Shown: positions 12,599 through 26,004 of the stretch, in pieces | Numbering within the stretch: the stretch's first letter is position 1 | Layout of the letters: each line of letters starts with the position of its first letter | DNA from: Felis catus | Taxonomy: Eukaryota | Length of the DNA stretch: 64,000 nt | Reading direction: 5' to 3' | Assembly: GCF_018350175.1 (NCBI RefSeq) | Contig: NC_058368.1 | Location: 162,318,001 to 162,382,000, forward strand | Program-made: the position numbers and the translations under genes | The notes under the pieces: generated by a model | The model's input: the letters and a program-made list of their open reading frames with translations, nothing else | The model's database searches: none | What the model was told of the DNA's origin: nothing

Positions 12599-15500
12599 CA
12601 CAGCAGACTAGACATTCATCTTTTGTGTGGTGACATCTTCCCTTATTTATGTTTATTTTCTTTTTAGCATATTTGACTTGGTATTGTAGTTCCTACAGCT
12701 TTACAGCTGGTAGCAGTTAGCAATCAATTCTAATATATTAGATATTCAAATAGACTTGAAACTTTTTCTGTGTTTATCCATTTTCTGCTTCTTTATATAC
12801 TTTCATTTCACTTATTTAATGCAGAAGAGAAGAAACAGTAATCTAATATAAAAACAGAATTTTTCCAAACAAAATCCCAGATGTCATGTGAAGATGGCAT
12901 TATTGTCATTCAGCATTTATATTGCTTTTCATATTCATAAAATGTCACCATTCATTTTTCCTCTCCATAAGTTAGTATTTGTTTTCTCAGATGAGATAAG
13001 AGTTCAACAAGGTATCTTTCTAAAAGCAAAGTAGTTTCAAAACCACTTTAGTTCCTAAGATGCTAATCTGGTAATTACATTATACATAATTCTGAGTTTG
13101 TAAGCCTGAATTTTTCCAAAAACAGCTCAATGTTTTTTTGCTTGTTTTACTTTTTAATAAGTACTAGTTTCTATCCTACATATCATTTCACTGTATGATG
13201 ATTATTAATATTGTAATGTTAGTCTTGAATTTAAATTTTTCACATTTAGAAACTACTGGTGCACTTTAAATCTACCTTAGGGAAAAGATATTAGAAAACT
13301 CTACTTTCATAGTTTTTAATTATCATTATGGGAAGATGCTTTTTCCCAGTGGTTCTCAAGGTCAACATGTGGCTTTTAAAACGTTTCCATGAAGAGACAC
13401 ATTTTAGAGAAGCATGGTCAACACAACAGGCTATGGAATCTCAATCTCATCAAATTAGGCCAGACCATCATCTAGATTTCCAGCACTTCTGTTCTGACTT
13501 CTCACTGACTTCGTTTTGCTAAACGTTACTCATTTTTAGGATTTGTTTCTCTTAAACTTCTAGTCCATTACATCCCTCTCCTTACCCAATACCTAGTACT
13601 CTCATGCCATTTCTTCAACTTTCTGGAACTCTCCATAGAGGTACTATATTATAACTTTCATGCTGTTTGTTCCAAATTCAAGTCTGCTTTATTCTTAGAA
13701 GAAAAAAAAAAGAGTTCTCTGTAGTCTTTAATCTCTAGATCCTCATGAGGTCACTGCCATAAATATTTTTCCAGTTCTCTGTTTCTGATGCCAAAACTCT
13801 TACTAGAAGGACAATTTTCTCTTTGCTTGTAAGCCACTAACCTAATCAATCAATTCTTGCTAACGTGTCATTGACTATTCATGACTTCATATATTAGCTT
13901 TGATGGGTAAAACATTATATTTTAATACCACTTTTAGAAACCAAGAGAAGCTTTACATTTATCACTTAGCAGTAGTTTTAGGTACTATAATAGATTTGCT
14001 GCAAAATCCAAATCCCTAAACAAAGAAAGCTATAGTTCTTGGTAGATAGTCTTGTTTTTGTTGTTGTTTGGTTGGACTTTTCCTCCCATGGGCACTTAAC
14101 ACCTAGCACAGTGCCTGGCACCCACCAGATACTTAGTAAGTTACAGAGGGATATAAGCTAGAATCTGTGTTCGAACTGAGTTCCTTTCATGATTTCACCC
14201 AAGTTACTCATGTCTGGCTCCAGAGCTTCCGGAATGGGATAATTTCCGGCAGATCATTAATTTGCCAATTGCATCAATCAGTTTTCATTTCTTCTTTATG
14301 AAATAATCTGATGGGTAGCCATTGACCCTTAAATCTCCTTGTCACAGCTGCTGAATCCTTCAGTCTCTTCACTGAAGTTAAAGCTGCTAAATCATCAATG
14401 ACTTTGTTATCAAATTTAAATTGGCTGTTTCTAAATGTGTCCTCAAAGGAATACTGGCCATGAAGTGAGGTAGAGAAGAAAGAGTACGCATCCAATTTGC
14501 CCCTGCAGATTATTGTCCAAATGTTGTTTTAGTCAAGCATAGAGAGGAAAACCTAATCATGATTTAGTCAGGTTTATGTAAAAGCTAGAACTGACCCAGA
14601 TTCAAGTCACCTCAAGAAAAAAAACAGTTTTTTATGAGAAAATACATGATAATTAGACATAGGAAACTGTCAAAAACTGCAGCAATTCTCTCTTTTAGAA
14701 CCTGGATTATGTCTCTAGCTCTTCTGGTTGATTCTTCCTCTATCAGACAGATTCCTCTGCTTTCTATAGGTCTTGCTCCCTCACTCTGTATGCTTGCCAT
14801 CACCCATTTCAATACCATTTCTAAATCAAATAATTTCTCAATTAGATTAGCTTCTGGACCCAAAACTGGTTGCCTCATTCACTGAAGATTGCCCAATTCC
14901 AACTACTCAAGGGAATAATCTGAATGGCTCAATTCATCCTTGTGGAAAAGATGATATACACAGGCTATAAATTATTAGCCAATGACATTTTGACATCCCC
15001 ACACACCTTTAGTATAATCCTCAATGGTGAATAATGGATAGTGAGTATGCGAGTTTAGATCACAAGACGTATGGGTAGAAATTTACCCCCCAAATCAGTG
15101 TGGCTCAGTACACACATAAACCCTGATCACAAATGCAATAATTATAGACTTATTTTTAAGACTACTGGGTATTTTTTCCACATGACATGGGGAAGATAAC
15201 TTTAAATTCCAAGAGTACAGATCTTCAAAGTCTTAGCACTTGAGGTTTGTTGGCTTTACAAAACCAAAAAGTTCTTTTTGGCTACCCTGCTACTTCTAAT
15301 GGAATGACCTCATTGTTACTGTATGTGTCTCTTTTTGAATAAATGTGGGTAAGGCCTGGTTCTCGTCTTAAAATTTCCTCTGGCAGAAAATCAGATGCAG
15401 GTAACAGGGAAGAGGGAGAGGCCAATCAGCCTCTGTTTCAGTAGAAAACTTAAAGTCTGCATGCAATAGTAGGTGTTCATATGTGATAGATGAAAAAGAT

Positions 15501-15835
15501 AGCATCTATCACATGATAGCAGGCATTTAAGGACACAGCTGCATATCCTTCTATATTTAAGATTTGATCACAATGAAACAGAAATTTTGTGGAGTAATCC
15601 AGTACCTCCACAAGATAGGAAAAAGGGTCATTTGTCCACAGGATTCATATTTCTAAGGAAATTGAAATTTAGATTATTAATGACAGAGTAAAAGATGCTA
15701 TATATGCAGTAGTCATATTTATGTGGGAAAAGTGTAAATTTGTTTACCTATAAACAATGAATTTTTATAATTATGTCTGGATGTCTTCATTAACATATTG
15801 GAAATCTAAAAAGTTGATGGTGTTTGAGACCTCTC

Positions 15836-16195
15836 TGTCTTATCAGTTCAGGCTGCTCTAAGAAATTTCCATAGACTGGGGGGATTTGAAAACAAACATT
15901 TATTTCTTAAAATTCCCATAGCTGAGGAAGTTCAAGATCAAGGTTCTGACAGTGCCAATGTCTGATGCAAGCCCATTTCCAGCTTTAGAGACAGTGGATT
16001 TCAAAGTGTATCCTCACATGGTGGAAAAAGAGCTAGCTAGCTCTCTGACCTCTTCTTTTGAGAGCATTGAACCCATTCATGGGGGTTCCACTTTCATGAC
16101 CTAGCTACCTTCCAAAGACCCAACTCCCAGATACCATCATATCAGAATTCAGATTTCAACATAGCAATTTAGGCAGACACAGTCAGTCCATTGCA
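15836..16195 (-). mobile_element. MLT1A-type MaLR solo LTR
   Basis: TG...CA termini (TGTCTTATCAGTTCAGGCTGC ... CAGTCCATTGCA) and AAGTTCAAGATCAAGG core. 5-bp TSD CTCTC at 15831-15835 and 16196-16200. Confidence 0.92.
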
Positions 16196-19100
16196 CTCTC
16201 TCAAATTCTGAAAATCTCCCTTATAATCCAGCACGTTCAGATTATTTGTATTATCAGTGCTCATGTTCCTTCTCTTATTCCCCACATCTTTAAGTCTTAA
16301 ACTATCTCCAGCTCTACACAGCATTACCAAAAGGAATGTCTCCTTTTTGGTCCAGAGTGTTAGAAAAGTCAGCCTTAAAGGTATAGCAGCACTGATCAGA
16401 GAGAGGACCTTAAAGGAGCTGATGTATAACCTCTGGATTCAGCTGCCCCTCCATTTTAAGAGATTTCCCTATAGTTCTCACTCTTAGAAACCTAAAATCT
16501 TCATTACTCAAAGGTTTTGTCATCTTCTCAAGTTCTATTAAATGCCTTCTCAACATAATGACACATTTCTAGGAGTTGGAAGCTTGTCCTCAAGAGCTTT
16601 TATCAAATCACTTGTAAAGAAGAAACATGTACTATTCAGAATGTAATTTACTAAATGAGAAATTATATTTGGCTTTTGACCTTTTATGACTGATAGGATA
16701 TAAACATCGAGTATTTTTGTAAGCTGAGATATCCATTTCCATGAAAAAAAACTCAAATAAAAAATATGATTTTACACTGCTAAGATTGCCAATTGCATGT
16801 GAAGATAAGATATTCCATCAGCCTCCCTTATTATTGATGCATTTCATATCTATGAATTCCACAACTCTTTTGGATAAGACACATAGTACTACAGAAAACT
16901 GTTCAGCTATCCAGGGTTGCCATCTGCTATAATTTGACTTTGTCAAGTGATTGTAACTCTTTATGGATTTAATGATTACATTTTTTTACTTATTAATGTA
17001 AACTTAGGGGACACTAAAGTAAATTCTGACCCTTCAAAATCATGTTTGACACATATTTTTTGTGCATTCATTGCCTTATAAGTTATCAGTGCCAAATTCT
17101 TAGTTTCATCTAATCTCACTGTAAAAATAAAAAAAATTATTATATTTTTAATATTCAATTTTTATGTACAATTAAAATTAATATTAAATAGGTACATTCT
17201 CCCTTAAAAATAAGAATAATAATTACAGATATATTAATTACATACATTTAATTAAAATCCACTAACAATGTCAAGTGGAATCTCTACATGCATGAAGATA
17301 TTATTAAGCATTTAAGATTAAGATTTTGCTATATTCTGGCTTCTTCAGCTTTAATAGCCCTTTCCTGTCCTGATAGGAATGTACCCAATTGTACAGACAC
17401 AAAATATGCTTTGGCTCATTAAAAAGAAGAAACACTTACTCTAGCAAATTTTAATGTGTTTTATGCTGCTTTTGCAAGTACAGCTAATTTTGTTCTTTAA
17501 ATTAGAGGTTTTATTATTATAATTATTAAACTCTCTAGTTTTACAAAATGGCATACATCCCTTCTTCTTCTATGCTTGAAATAATGTAAGTACTGAGGGG
17601 TGGATTTTTAGCAGCTGTTGTATATAAGAGTGGGGGTATTATTTTTATAACATCTTGAAAAAATTATGAAATGTGTGAGTCCCCATTTCTAATAGTAAAA
17701 TATCAATTTCATAAAAATAACACTTCTGTGAAAGGTATGTCATGTAGTAATTATATGAGTTATATGTTTATTTTTCCTTCATATTTGAGTCTGTATCTTG
17801 AAATAAAATCCTAAAAGGAGTTGAATTTTTCCAAGTGTTACTTTGATATTTATAATTTTAAATTATTTTCAAGTATTAGTTGAAATTATTACTCCTATCT
17901 GGAAAAATAGAAGTAATATTTAAATCTGTTCATGGCTAGGATTTCAGTGGCTAGAAATAAGAAAGTAGAACAGTTTAGGAAATAATAAGAATTCTTGTGC
18001 ACTGCTTAAGCACCGCTTGAACAGGCACTGTACTGTTTGCTTTTTTTAAAACATTGCATTACATTTAATCTTGAGATAACCTTATTTGCACATTACATAT
18101 GAGGAAATCAATGCAAGATATGTTAAACAAATATAAAGGATAAATTATCAATTATTTGAATTCAAAGTGATAGAAAATTAGATTTGGTCTAGGTCTTTCT
18201 AACATCAGAATTGATGCAATTCACATATGCATATTTCCCAATGGGGTATAGAGATCAGTGTTTGTGACATGATCTGTGATGATAACAAAAACAATTTTAA
18301 ATAATTAATAGTTAATAATTTTATAATGATTTTTGACTTATAGCAATGTTTATTGATTTCCCAATAGTGTGATAAAGATTGCCTCTAAAATCTTCTAAAG
18401 TAGATAATGAGAATATGACATATAAATTCTTATGTGCAAGTAGTGCATCACACAGATGGAATTTTCTTTGCTTTGTTTAAGCATTTTCATAGCTTTGTTT
18501 AAGACAAATACTAAAGGGAAATGTTTCTCCCCATGAAAGTAAAATAAAATAATAAAAGTAAAGCAATGAAATCCATTGCGGTCTTCAACATAATGCAAAT
18601 TGATATCATCAGAATATTGTTGGGCTATTTGGAGGCCCTGTAGGAAACTCAACACTTTATATTTTCCTGATATGAATTATGTTATGCAGGCTAACCTTTT
18701 TGACTCCTACCTTCAGTAGTTACTGCTCCTGAAGTTCATAACAAAATCAGCACAAGTTGCTTAAAGGCAGCTTGAGCAGAGCTATCTGCAATGGCATACA
18801 TCCCTGCACCTAATAGGGGAGTACAAGATGCCCCACTTGGTGCTGTGTTCTGTGTAGCTGAACTGCTGTGTCTGTAGTAGCAGACTTCTCCGCCCATGCT
18901 TCTCCATTCATAATTCAGCAAACAAAAGGAAATCACCAGTGTCTTTGTCCACCCATCTATATTAAAGTGCACCAGTAAACTCTGGAAGGCATAACAGGCT
19001 CTTCCAAGAACTTTTCATGTTACAATCTAATAAACTTGTGAGTCATTTCATCTTTTCCTGTGAAGCTTTTTTCCTCCCATTTTGGTAAACATGCTAATTT

Positions 19101-20671
19101 CAGTTAAAGTTCTAACCTGTATACTCTAATGCCTGGATCACCTATGGGTCTTTTTCAGTTGTCTATTTTTTCTCTTGGAAATATTATCTGAAACTTGTAA
19201 AAAAAGATTAATAGAGAATTATATTTGATATAAAATTAATAGGCATTCCAAGAGTCAACATAATAAAATCTTAAAGGGAAAAAACAACCTTTGTACATGT
19301 ATGAATAAACAAACTGTATATAGATAGCACATATACATATATAGACATATAGAGAGATAACAATGAAGGTTTTCAAGATAAAATGTGAATTTTAAAAAAG
19401 TAAAAGCCTGAAAAGAGAAATAAATACAGTTAATAATAGCATCAATTTAGTTAGTATAGCAAAATAATGAGTAACTTGTATTTCTATTATTACAAATGGT
19501 TTTTGTAATCTAGTTATATTATTTTAAAGTAGTTTTTTTGCATTAAAACAGAAAAAATAGATTTGTTCTCTAATTTCTGAAGCATATGAGTATTTTGTTT
19601 TGTTTGTTTGGGTTTTTGCTTAATGTTTGCCCTAATTGAAGTACTTGACTTCCCAATACCATTATGGACATAAAGAGCTCAGTCTCTATACTGCATATGA
19701 AGGCAGGATTTAAGGCTCATTAACAAAAAAATAGACTCTGGTTTATAATGTGGAAATATTTCTTATTCTTGTAGCTTGTATTAAATAGGATTCAATATTG
19801 TTTGCTGCTTCACCTGTGCTGAAAATTAGCATTCATAATACTGATTATCAGTTCATGAAGTTGTAACTTAGTTCAACCTTACATAACAATATTTGTCAAT
19901 AAAGCATACAGGTGTGATATTTCCAGTAATCAAACACTGGGCCAGGGTTAATTTCACAAGAACATTCAGCATATTTGTATCGAGAGAAATTAAATTACAT
20001 TATTGTTCCACAACTTTAACCAAACTATTTTTATTTGAAAAGTTTGATCATCTTCACATTGGTCTTAGAACCACCCTTTAATTAAAGGTCCAATACATTT
20101 CTTCACTTTCTTATCTCTTTTCTTAAAGTTACTACAAAGTCAACTATTCAAGATGAAACACATGTAGGTTTTCCCAAACCAAACAGGCCATGCAGAGATT
20201 AACATAATAATAAAGTTCTCCTATCATGTTATCTAAATTTAAACTCCTTGGATAAGTTGTTAACAAAAGACAAATAGGGGAGAAAAGGAATCTGAGGAAT
20301 GAAGGTAATTACAAATACTTTTTAAAAGTCCTACTCAGAAACACATTATTCAGATATGCATTCCATCGATTGCAAGGTTCTTGAAGGCAGAGAAGCCAAG
20401 ATCTTATTCATTATTATTTAATCAGCACCTAGCACCACATCTCATATATTACAGAAAGCTAACAATAAGGTATTCAATAGCTTTTGGTGCTTACAAAATT
20501 AAAACTACAACCCTGTAGGATACCACATCCTGAAAACATTGAAATGATCTGCCAGTGAGCCTGAGTTTGTTTTGTTTTCTTCTCAAAGTTTTCAATTCCG
20601 TTCTTGATATGTATAATCCCTTCTCTTCCTATAAGCTCTAAAACATCAGCATCATTACTCAGAATAATTAT

Positions 20672-21210
20672 TATTTATTCATTCAAACTACAGGTATTTA
20701 TTTATTCAAACTACAGACCTAGACACTGTGTCAGATGCTGGCTATAAGATGATGAACAAATCAAACACACTCTGTTCTCCCGGGACTCACAGTCAATTTA
20801 ACAGTCAAATTCAACATAATGGAATAATGCCATAATGGGAAAAATAGCAGGTGCGCCCTAAAAAGGAAGGTACCTAAACAGGTTGTAGTAGGTCAGAAAA
20901 AGCTGCAAGGGGAAAACAGAATCTAATGTGAAAAGTGAAGAAGCAGTAGAAGCTGATCAGATTGAGATTTGGGAAATGAGTATTCCAGGAAGAGAAGGTG
21001 CTGGATTGAAGAGAAATATCTCAGCTGAATGAAAACTCTGGCCTCAAAGAGAAAATAGGGAAAAAACAAAATAAAACAAAACGAAACAAAAAAAAACCCT
21101 CTTTCTGAAGAAAACAGTAGGGGAGAGATCACAGGAATACATGGCATGGGGTAAGGGAGGAAAAGGTAAAAAAAAAAAAAAAAAAGACTAGATTATTAAG
21201 AGCCATGTAA
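20672..21210 (-). mobile_element. L2 3' fragment
   Basis: TTATTCATTC start, AGACACTGTGTCAGATGCTGG...GATGAACAAA, purine-rich body with GTATTCCAGGAAGAG. Confidence 0.65.
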
Positions 21211-21344
21211 GTTTCCATATCTGTGTTTTTATGATACCTTCTTTGCTATTACAAGTCAATTTCATCTACTTTAAGTTGCTATGTGTATTTCTCTTATAAT
21301 TGAATTTGCAACTGATTTATTAATCCTTTAAAGAAATGGCTTTA

Positions 21345-21569
21345 GGGGCACCTGGGTGGCTCAGTCGGTTAAGAGTCCGGCTTCGGCTCATGTCATGATC
21401 TCACGGTCTGTGGGTTCGAGCCCCGCCTCGGGCTCTGGGCTGACAGCTCAGAGCCTGGAGCCTGCTTCGGATTCTGTGTCTCCCTCTTCCTCTGCCCCTC
21501 CCCTGCTCATACTCTGTCTTTCTCTGTCTCAAAAATCAATAAAAACATTTTTAAAAAAATTAAAAAAAA
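21345..21569 (+). mobile_element. Felid Can-SINE
   Basis: Full head, B-box, CT region and tail. TSD AAAGAAATGGCTTTAG at 21330-21345 and 21570-21585. Confidence 0.98.
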
Positions 21570-22309
21570 AAAGAAATGGCTTTAGATCAGTTAAATCTGA
21601 TCAGTTAAACTATGCCTAGTGTAATTCAAAATATTATTTAGACTCTTGTTCACATGTTTAGAATATTCTTTGTGCATGAAACTATATAAATGATGGCCAT
21701 GGAAATCTCAGAAATAAATATCCTGACTTTTCAAGGTATTGTTGGTCATAAATCATACATATTTCAGGGAATCTGAGTCTAGTTGAGATGTTTTATATAC
21801 TTTAATGATTGTAATTTGAACTTGGGAACCAAATGGTAGGATAAGTTATTTATTAAGCAGATGTAGTACTTTTGGTGTCAGAATCCCAGAGAGATCACAG
21901 AGAACAAATTGTAACTCAAACCAATTTCCTCATTCACTAGAGTCTGAGTACACTTCATACTTTGCCTGCTGTAACAAATAGGATGTCCCTCAGCTAGAGG
22001 CAGGAAAAAGCTTAAATAAATCTAATTAAAATTTTTATATTGCATACTGAGTAAACCTGATAGTAAAACTTTATACACGGTTATTTCAAAAGTTAAAAAA
22101 AAAGTACCTAGGACCTTGGCTATTCTCTTTTTTTTTCTCTCTGCCATTCTCAGTGCAGTGGTCTTGTCCTCTTTCCAACTACCCTAGTATCACAAGATGG
22201 ATACAGCAGTTCCATTTATCACAGAAAAAATATAATAATTTCTACTGGGTTGGGGGATAGGGAGGATGCTGTCTATTTTAATATAATCATTAAAAATCAA
22301 AGAAACCTT

Positions 22310-22528
22310 GGGGCGCCTGGGTGGCGCTGTCGGTTAAGCGTCCGACTTCAGCCAGGTCACGATCTCGCGGCCGGTGAGTTCGAGCCCCGCGTCAGGCTCT
22401 GGGCTGATGGCTCGGAGCCTGGAGCCTGTTTCCGATTCTGTGTCTCCCTCTCCCTCTGCCCCTCCCCCGTTCATGCTCTGTCTCTCTCTGTCCCAAAAAT
22501 AAATAAAAACGTTGAAAAAAAATTTAAA
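22310..22528 (+). mobile_element. Young felid Can-SINE (SINEC_Fc type)
   Basis: CpG-rich and nearly identical to the 8248 copy. 17-bp TSD AAAAATCAAAGAAACCT at 22292-22308 and 22529-22545. Confidence 0.98.
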
Positions 22529-23089
22529 AAAAATCAAAGAAACCTGTACAAGAAACCTCATAGCTGACATTCTTTCACATCCTATTGAACGGAACTGTAT
22601 CACATCCTAAATTAATCATCTATGAGAGGTCTGGGATTTCTATGATTAGTTTTCATTGAAGTATATTTACCTCTACATTTTGGACAAGGTTACTATTCTT
22701 TTGGAGTAGATAACTAAACAAAACCAGATTCTCATGTTGTTAATAAGGAAGAAGTGAAGAAATATCTGGCAGGTAGAAATAGAAATCAAAGAATATCTCA
22801 TATAATCACTCCCATATGACTGGTGAAATAAGCACCAAAATGTAACTCCTATTAAATTACTATTTACACCATGAATTCATTTCTTTTTACATTTTATTAA
22901 TGTTTTGACATAATATGGAGTTGTCTCCAGTGGATATATTTATTGAATTATCAACATTATTAGTTTGATCCTTGGACTTAGTTGCCATTAATAGAAATAT
23001 ACAGTTTGCAGATAACTGTAATGGAATAGATAATGTGCTGTGAGAGGATTTGTTTATAAGTGCACACTGTAATTACTTGATAAGGGAAG

Positions 23090-23187
23090 ACAATATTTAA
23101 CTCAAAGCTTATTGTGAGGATAAGGGTTAATCCATGAAGTGCCAAGATCAAAACCTGGCACATAGTACATACTCAGAAAATGGTAGG
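23090..23187 (+). mobile_element. MIR 3' fragment
   Basis: TTATTGTGAGGAT...CCTGGCACATAGTACATACTCAGAAAATGGTAG. Confidence 0.65.
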
Positions 23188-23289
23188 CAAATGGATTTAC
23201 CATAAATGGCATAAAGGTGGGTACCTGATTTTATTTATTCCAAAAGTATTTTTAATGCTTGTCTACTTAAGAATATATGGTAAATACAG

Positions 23290-24047
23290 TCCATATCTCT
23301 TTAAATTTTCTTAAAAATCTAAAACTATTTTCTTTCATGAATATTTTACAGTTTTCACTGTACAAATGTTTCACCTCTTTGGATAAGTTTATTTCTAAGA
23401 ATTTTTTTCTTAATTAATTAATTTATTTTGAGAAAGAGAAAGAGGGAGAGCATCTGAGGGGCAGAGAGAGAGGGAGTGAGAGAATCCCAAGCAGGCTCCC
23501 CAGTGTCAGCACAGAGCCCAACACAGGGCTCAGTCTCATGAACTATGAGATCATGACCTGAGCCAAACTCAAGATTCAGATGTTTAACCAACTGAGCTAC
23601 CCAGGCATGTCTCTAAGTATTTTTTTTTTTTATGCTCTTGAAAATGGGATTTTTTTCTTTCCTTTTTGTATAGATCATTGTTAGTATATAAAAATCCAAG
23701 TAATTCTTGTGTATTGACTTTGTATTCTATAACTTTACCAAAATAGTTTATCAGTGCTAACATCTTTTGTTAAATGTTTAGACTTTTCTACCTTTAAGAT
23801 AATGTAATCTGCAAACAGAGATAATTTTACTTCTTAATTTCTGATTTGGATGCCTTTCACTTCTTTCTCTTGACTAATTGCTCTGGCTAAGACTTCTAGT
23901 ACTATGTTGAACAAAACTGGCAAAAATAGGCATCCTTACCTTGTGTCTAATCTTAAGAAAAGTTTTTAGTTTTTCACCATTGAGTATGATGTTAGCTGTC
24001 ATTTTTTCACATATGGCCTTTATTGTGTTGAGGTAAATGTCTTCTAT
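23290..24047 (-). mobile_element. L1 ORF2 (RT region) fragment, split by a SINE
   Basis: TCTGCAAACAGAGATAATTTTACTTC, GACTTCTAGTACTATGTTGAA and CACCATTGAGTATGATGTTAGCTGT are antisense L1 RT hallmarks. Confidence 0.9.
23408..23611 (-). mobile_element. Older Can-SINE
   Basis: GAATCCCAAGCAGGCTCC...GAGATCATGACCTGAGCC...CTACCCAGGC. TSD TCTAAG(A/T)ATTTTTT. Confidence 0.95.
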
Positions 24048-25101
24048 GTCAGACGCTTCTCAAATTGGACTGGGAGACACACGTCAACTTTGTATTCAAC
24101 ATCAATGCTTGCCAGATAATTTGATTCCAATGAGAGTGACAGCTGGTTCTTTACTTACAAGAAAGGTAACAGCTGTGATGCCACTAGAATCAATAATTTC
24201 CATAGAAGATGGCTAGGATACCAATCTACAATTTGATGACTTTGGTGAAAGTACTACATTTGTTTCCCTCGGTCTTTCAAATGGATAGTTGATGAAAACT
24301 GGTCTCGAGCTGATGTTATTGCATAGATAGCCATAACCCCATACGTAAGTGGCAGAAAGCTCAGGCTTTCACAGTTAAAAATATTCATTTCTCTAATTAA
24401 TAGACTATTTCTTCCATTCAAAGAAAGTATTTAACTCACTATTAAACTATGTTTTCCTCGGGGTTGTCTGGCTGTTCATGTTACTTATAATGATGAAACT
24501 GTGCTATAAACATTCACAATGGAGTGCAATGAAGTTGTGAGTGAATACACAATAATAACCATTCATCAGTGATGCCTATACAGACTTGTTGTGGTAATCA
24601 AAACACCAGTGGGCTGTCTTTCACCATGACCTCCTGTGGTTAACATCATTATAGAATGTCTGTTTTTAAACAGCCATTGAGGAAACAAATTAAGTTGCAG
24701 TTTTCTTTCTTTTTTCAATTACCAGAGCAATCTAGATTTATATGAACTACCACTTTTTAAAACCAAAACAGCATGAAAATATGGTGAAATTGAATATTAA
24801 AAGCTCTAGTACTAAATCTTCTCACTGTACCGATCACCACAATTTCTCTAGGCATCTCTGAATCAAAAGAATTACCAGTTTGGTTCTGCTTTAAGATTTT
24901 GCCACAAAATTTCTCATTTCAATTTAGGCATTCTGTGGTTCACTTACAAGTGGCAAATAGAAGTGAATATGTTTCCTAGAAATATCCAGCCAGGTTTCAC
25001 TTTACTTAATATGAAAAGTATCAAGAACTATAAATTTCAACAGAAGTACTCTGAGTTTTAATGTAATACATTTTAACCAGTCCAAGGTCAAAAGCTAAGA
25101 A

Positions 25102-25242
25102 CAGTGGTTGCAACATAGGGTCCCCAGTCCAGCCATAAAACGTATTCCAGCATATTGCTAGCAATGCAAATTTTCACCCCACTTCAGACCTAGTGAGTAA
25201 GAAACATGCATGTTGATGTCCAGTAATCTGTGTTGTCACAGG
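25102..25242 (+). mobile_element. MER5A fragment
   Basis: CAGTGGTTGCAAC...AATGCAAATTTTCACCCCACTTCAGACCTA...AATCTGTGTT. Confidence 0.65.
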
Positions 25243-25359
25243 TTAGTTCTTCCATTAGCAACCACTGTGACCTTCAGCAAAATAAGGTAGTGGTGGCAAA
25301 AATAGGCCCAAATGTGAGATTGCATGTTTTGCATTTTGCTGTATTATGTATCGCAACCC

Positions 25360-25505
25360 TTGGGTGAATTGTTCTCTGCTACTTCGCTATCCTAGCAGTG
25401 AAATGAGATAAATAATAGAACAATATCATTGTTTTAAGATTCTAATGTGATAATATATAAAGAGCTTAGAACAGTGTCTGCAGCACATAGTGCTCAAAAA
25501 AGAGT
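25360..25505 (+). mobile_element. MIR fragment
   Basis: GTGAAATGAGATAAATAATAG...AAGAGCTTAGAACAGTGTCTG...ACATAGTGCTCAA. Confidence 0.6.
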
Positions 25506-25639
25506 TTTTCAGTCATATGCTAAGGCAACAATCATCTTTCAAATCTTTGAATTAGCTATCGTTGTCATATAACACAAAAAGCTCAAAAACTAATAGGTCA
25601 TATGGGGGGGTTCTGAAGAGATATCCATCCTGAGAGGGG

Positions 25640-26004
25640 ATCACCATGCATCTGTAGTCAGCTGTAGGGCATCAGGTGGTAGACTTTATGCTTATGTCTT
25701 GGCTCTCACACATACCTGACATCTCAACTGGGATGGTTCACCTCTGCTACTTGTGGTCTCATTCCCCAGCAAGCTAGCCCCTGCTTGTTCACAAGAGAGC
25801 TGTCCATTCCAAGAGAGAGAGAAAGCATGGATGACCTCTTGAAGTCTGGGCTCGGATCAGGCATAACATTATTTCCACCACAGTTTATTGCCCAAAGCAA
25901 ATTACAAGGAAGTCTAGATTCAAGGGGTGGAAAATAGACTTCATTTTTGATAAGCAAACATACAAGGAAGGCAGAGAATGTGTCAATATTTGTAATCTAC
26001 CACA
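25640..26004 (-). mobile_element. MaLR LTR (MLT1F-I-like)
   Basis: CCCAAAGCAAATTACAAGG...AGATTCAAGGGGTGGAAAATAGACT...GTAATCTACCACA terminus. Confidence 0.75.

Noticed and set aside
12141..12611. 156-aa plus-strand ORF
   Set aside because: It is the antisense reading of a decayed L1 5'UTR with a GTG start. I have no evidence that it is an ORF0-like product.
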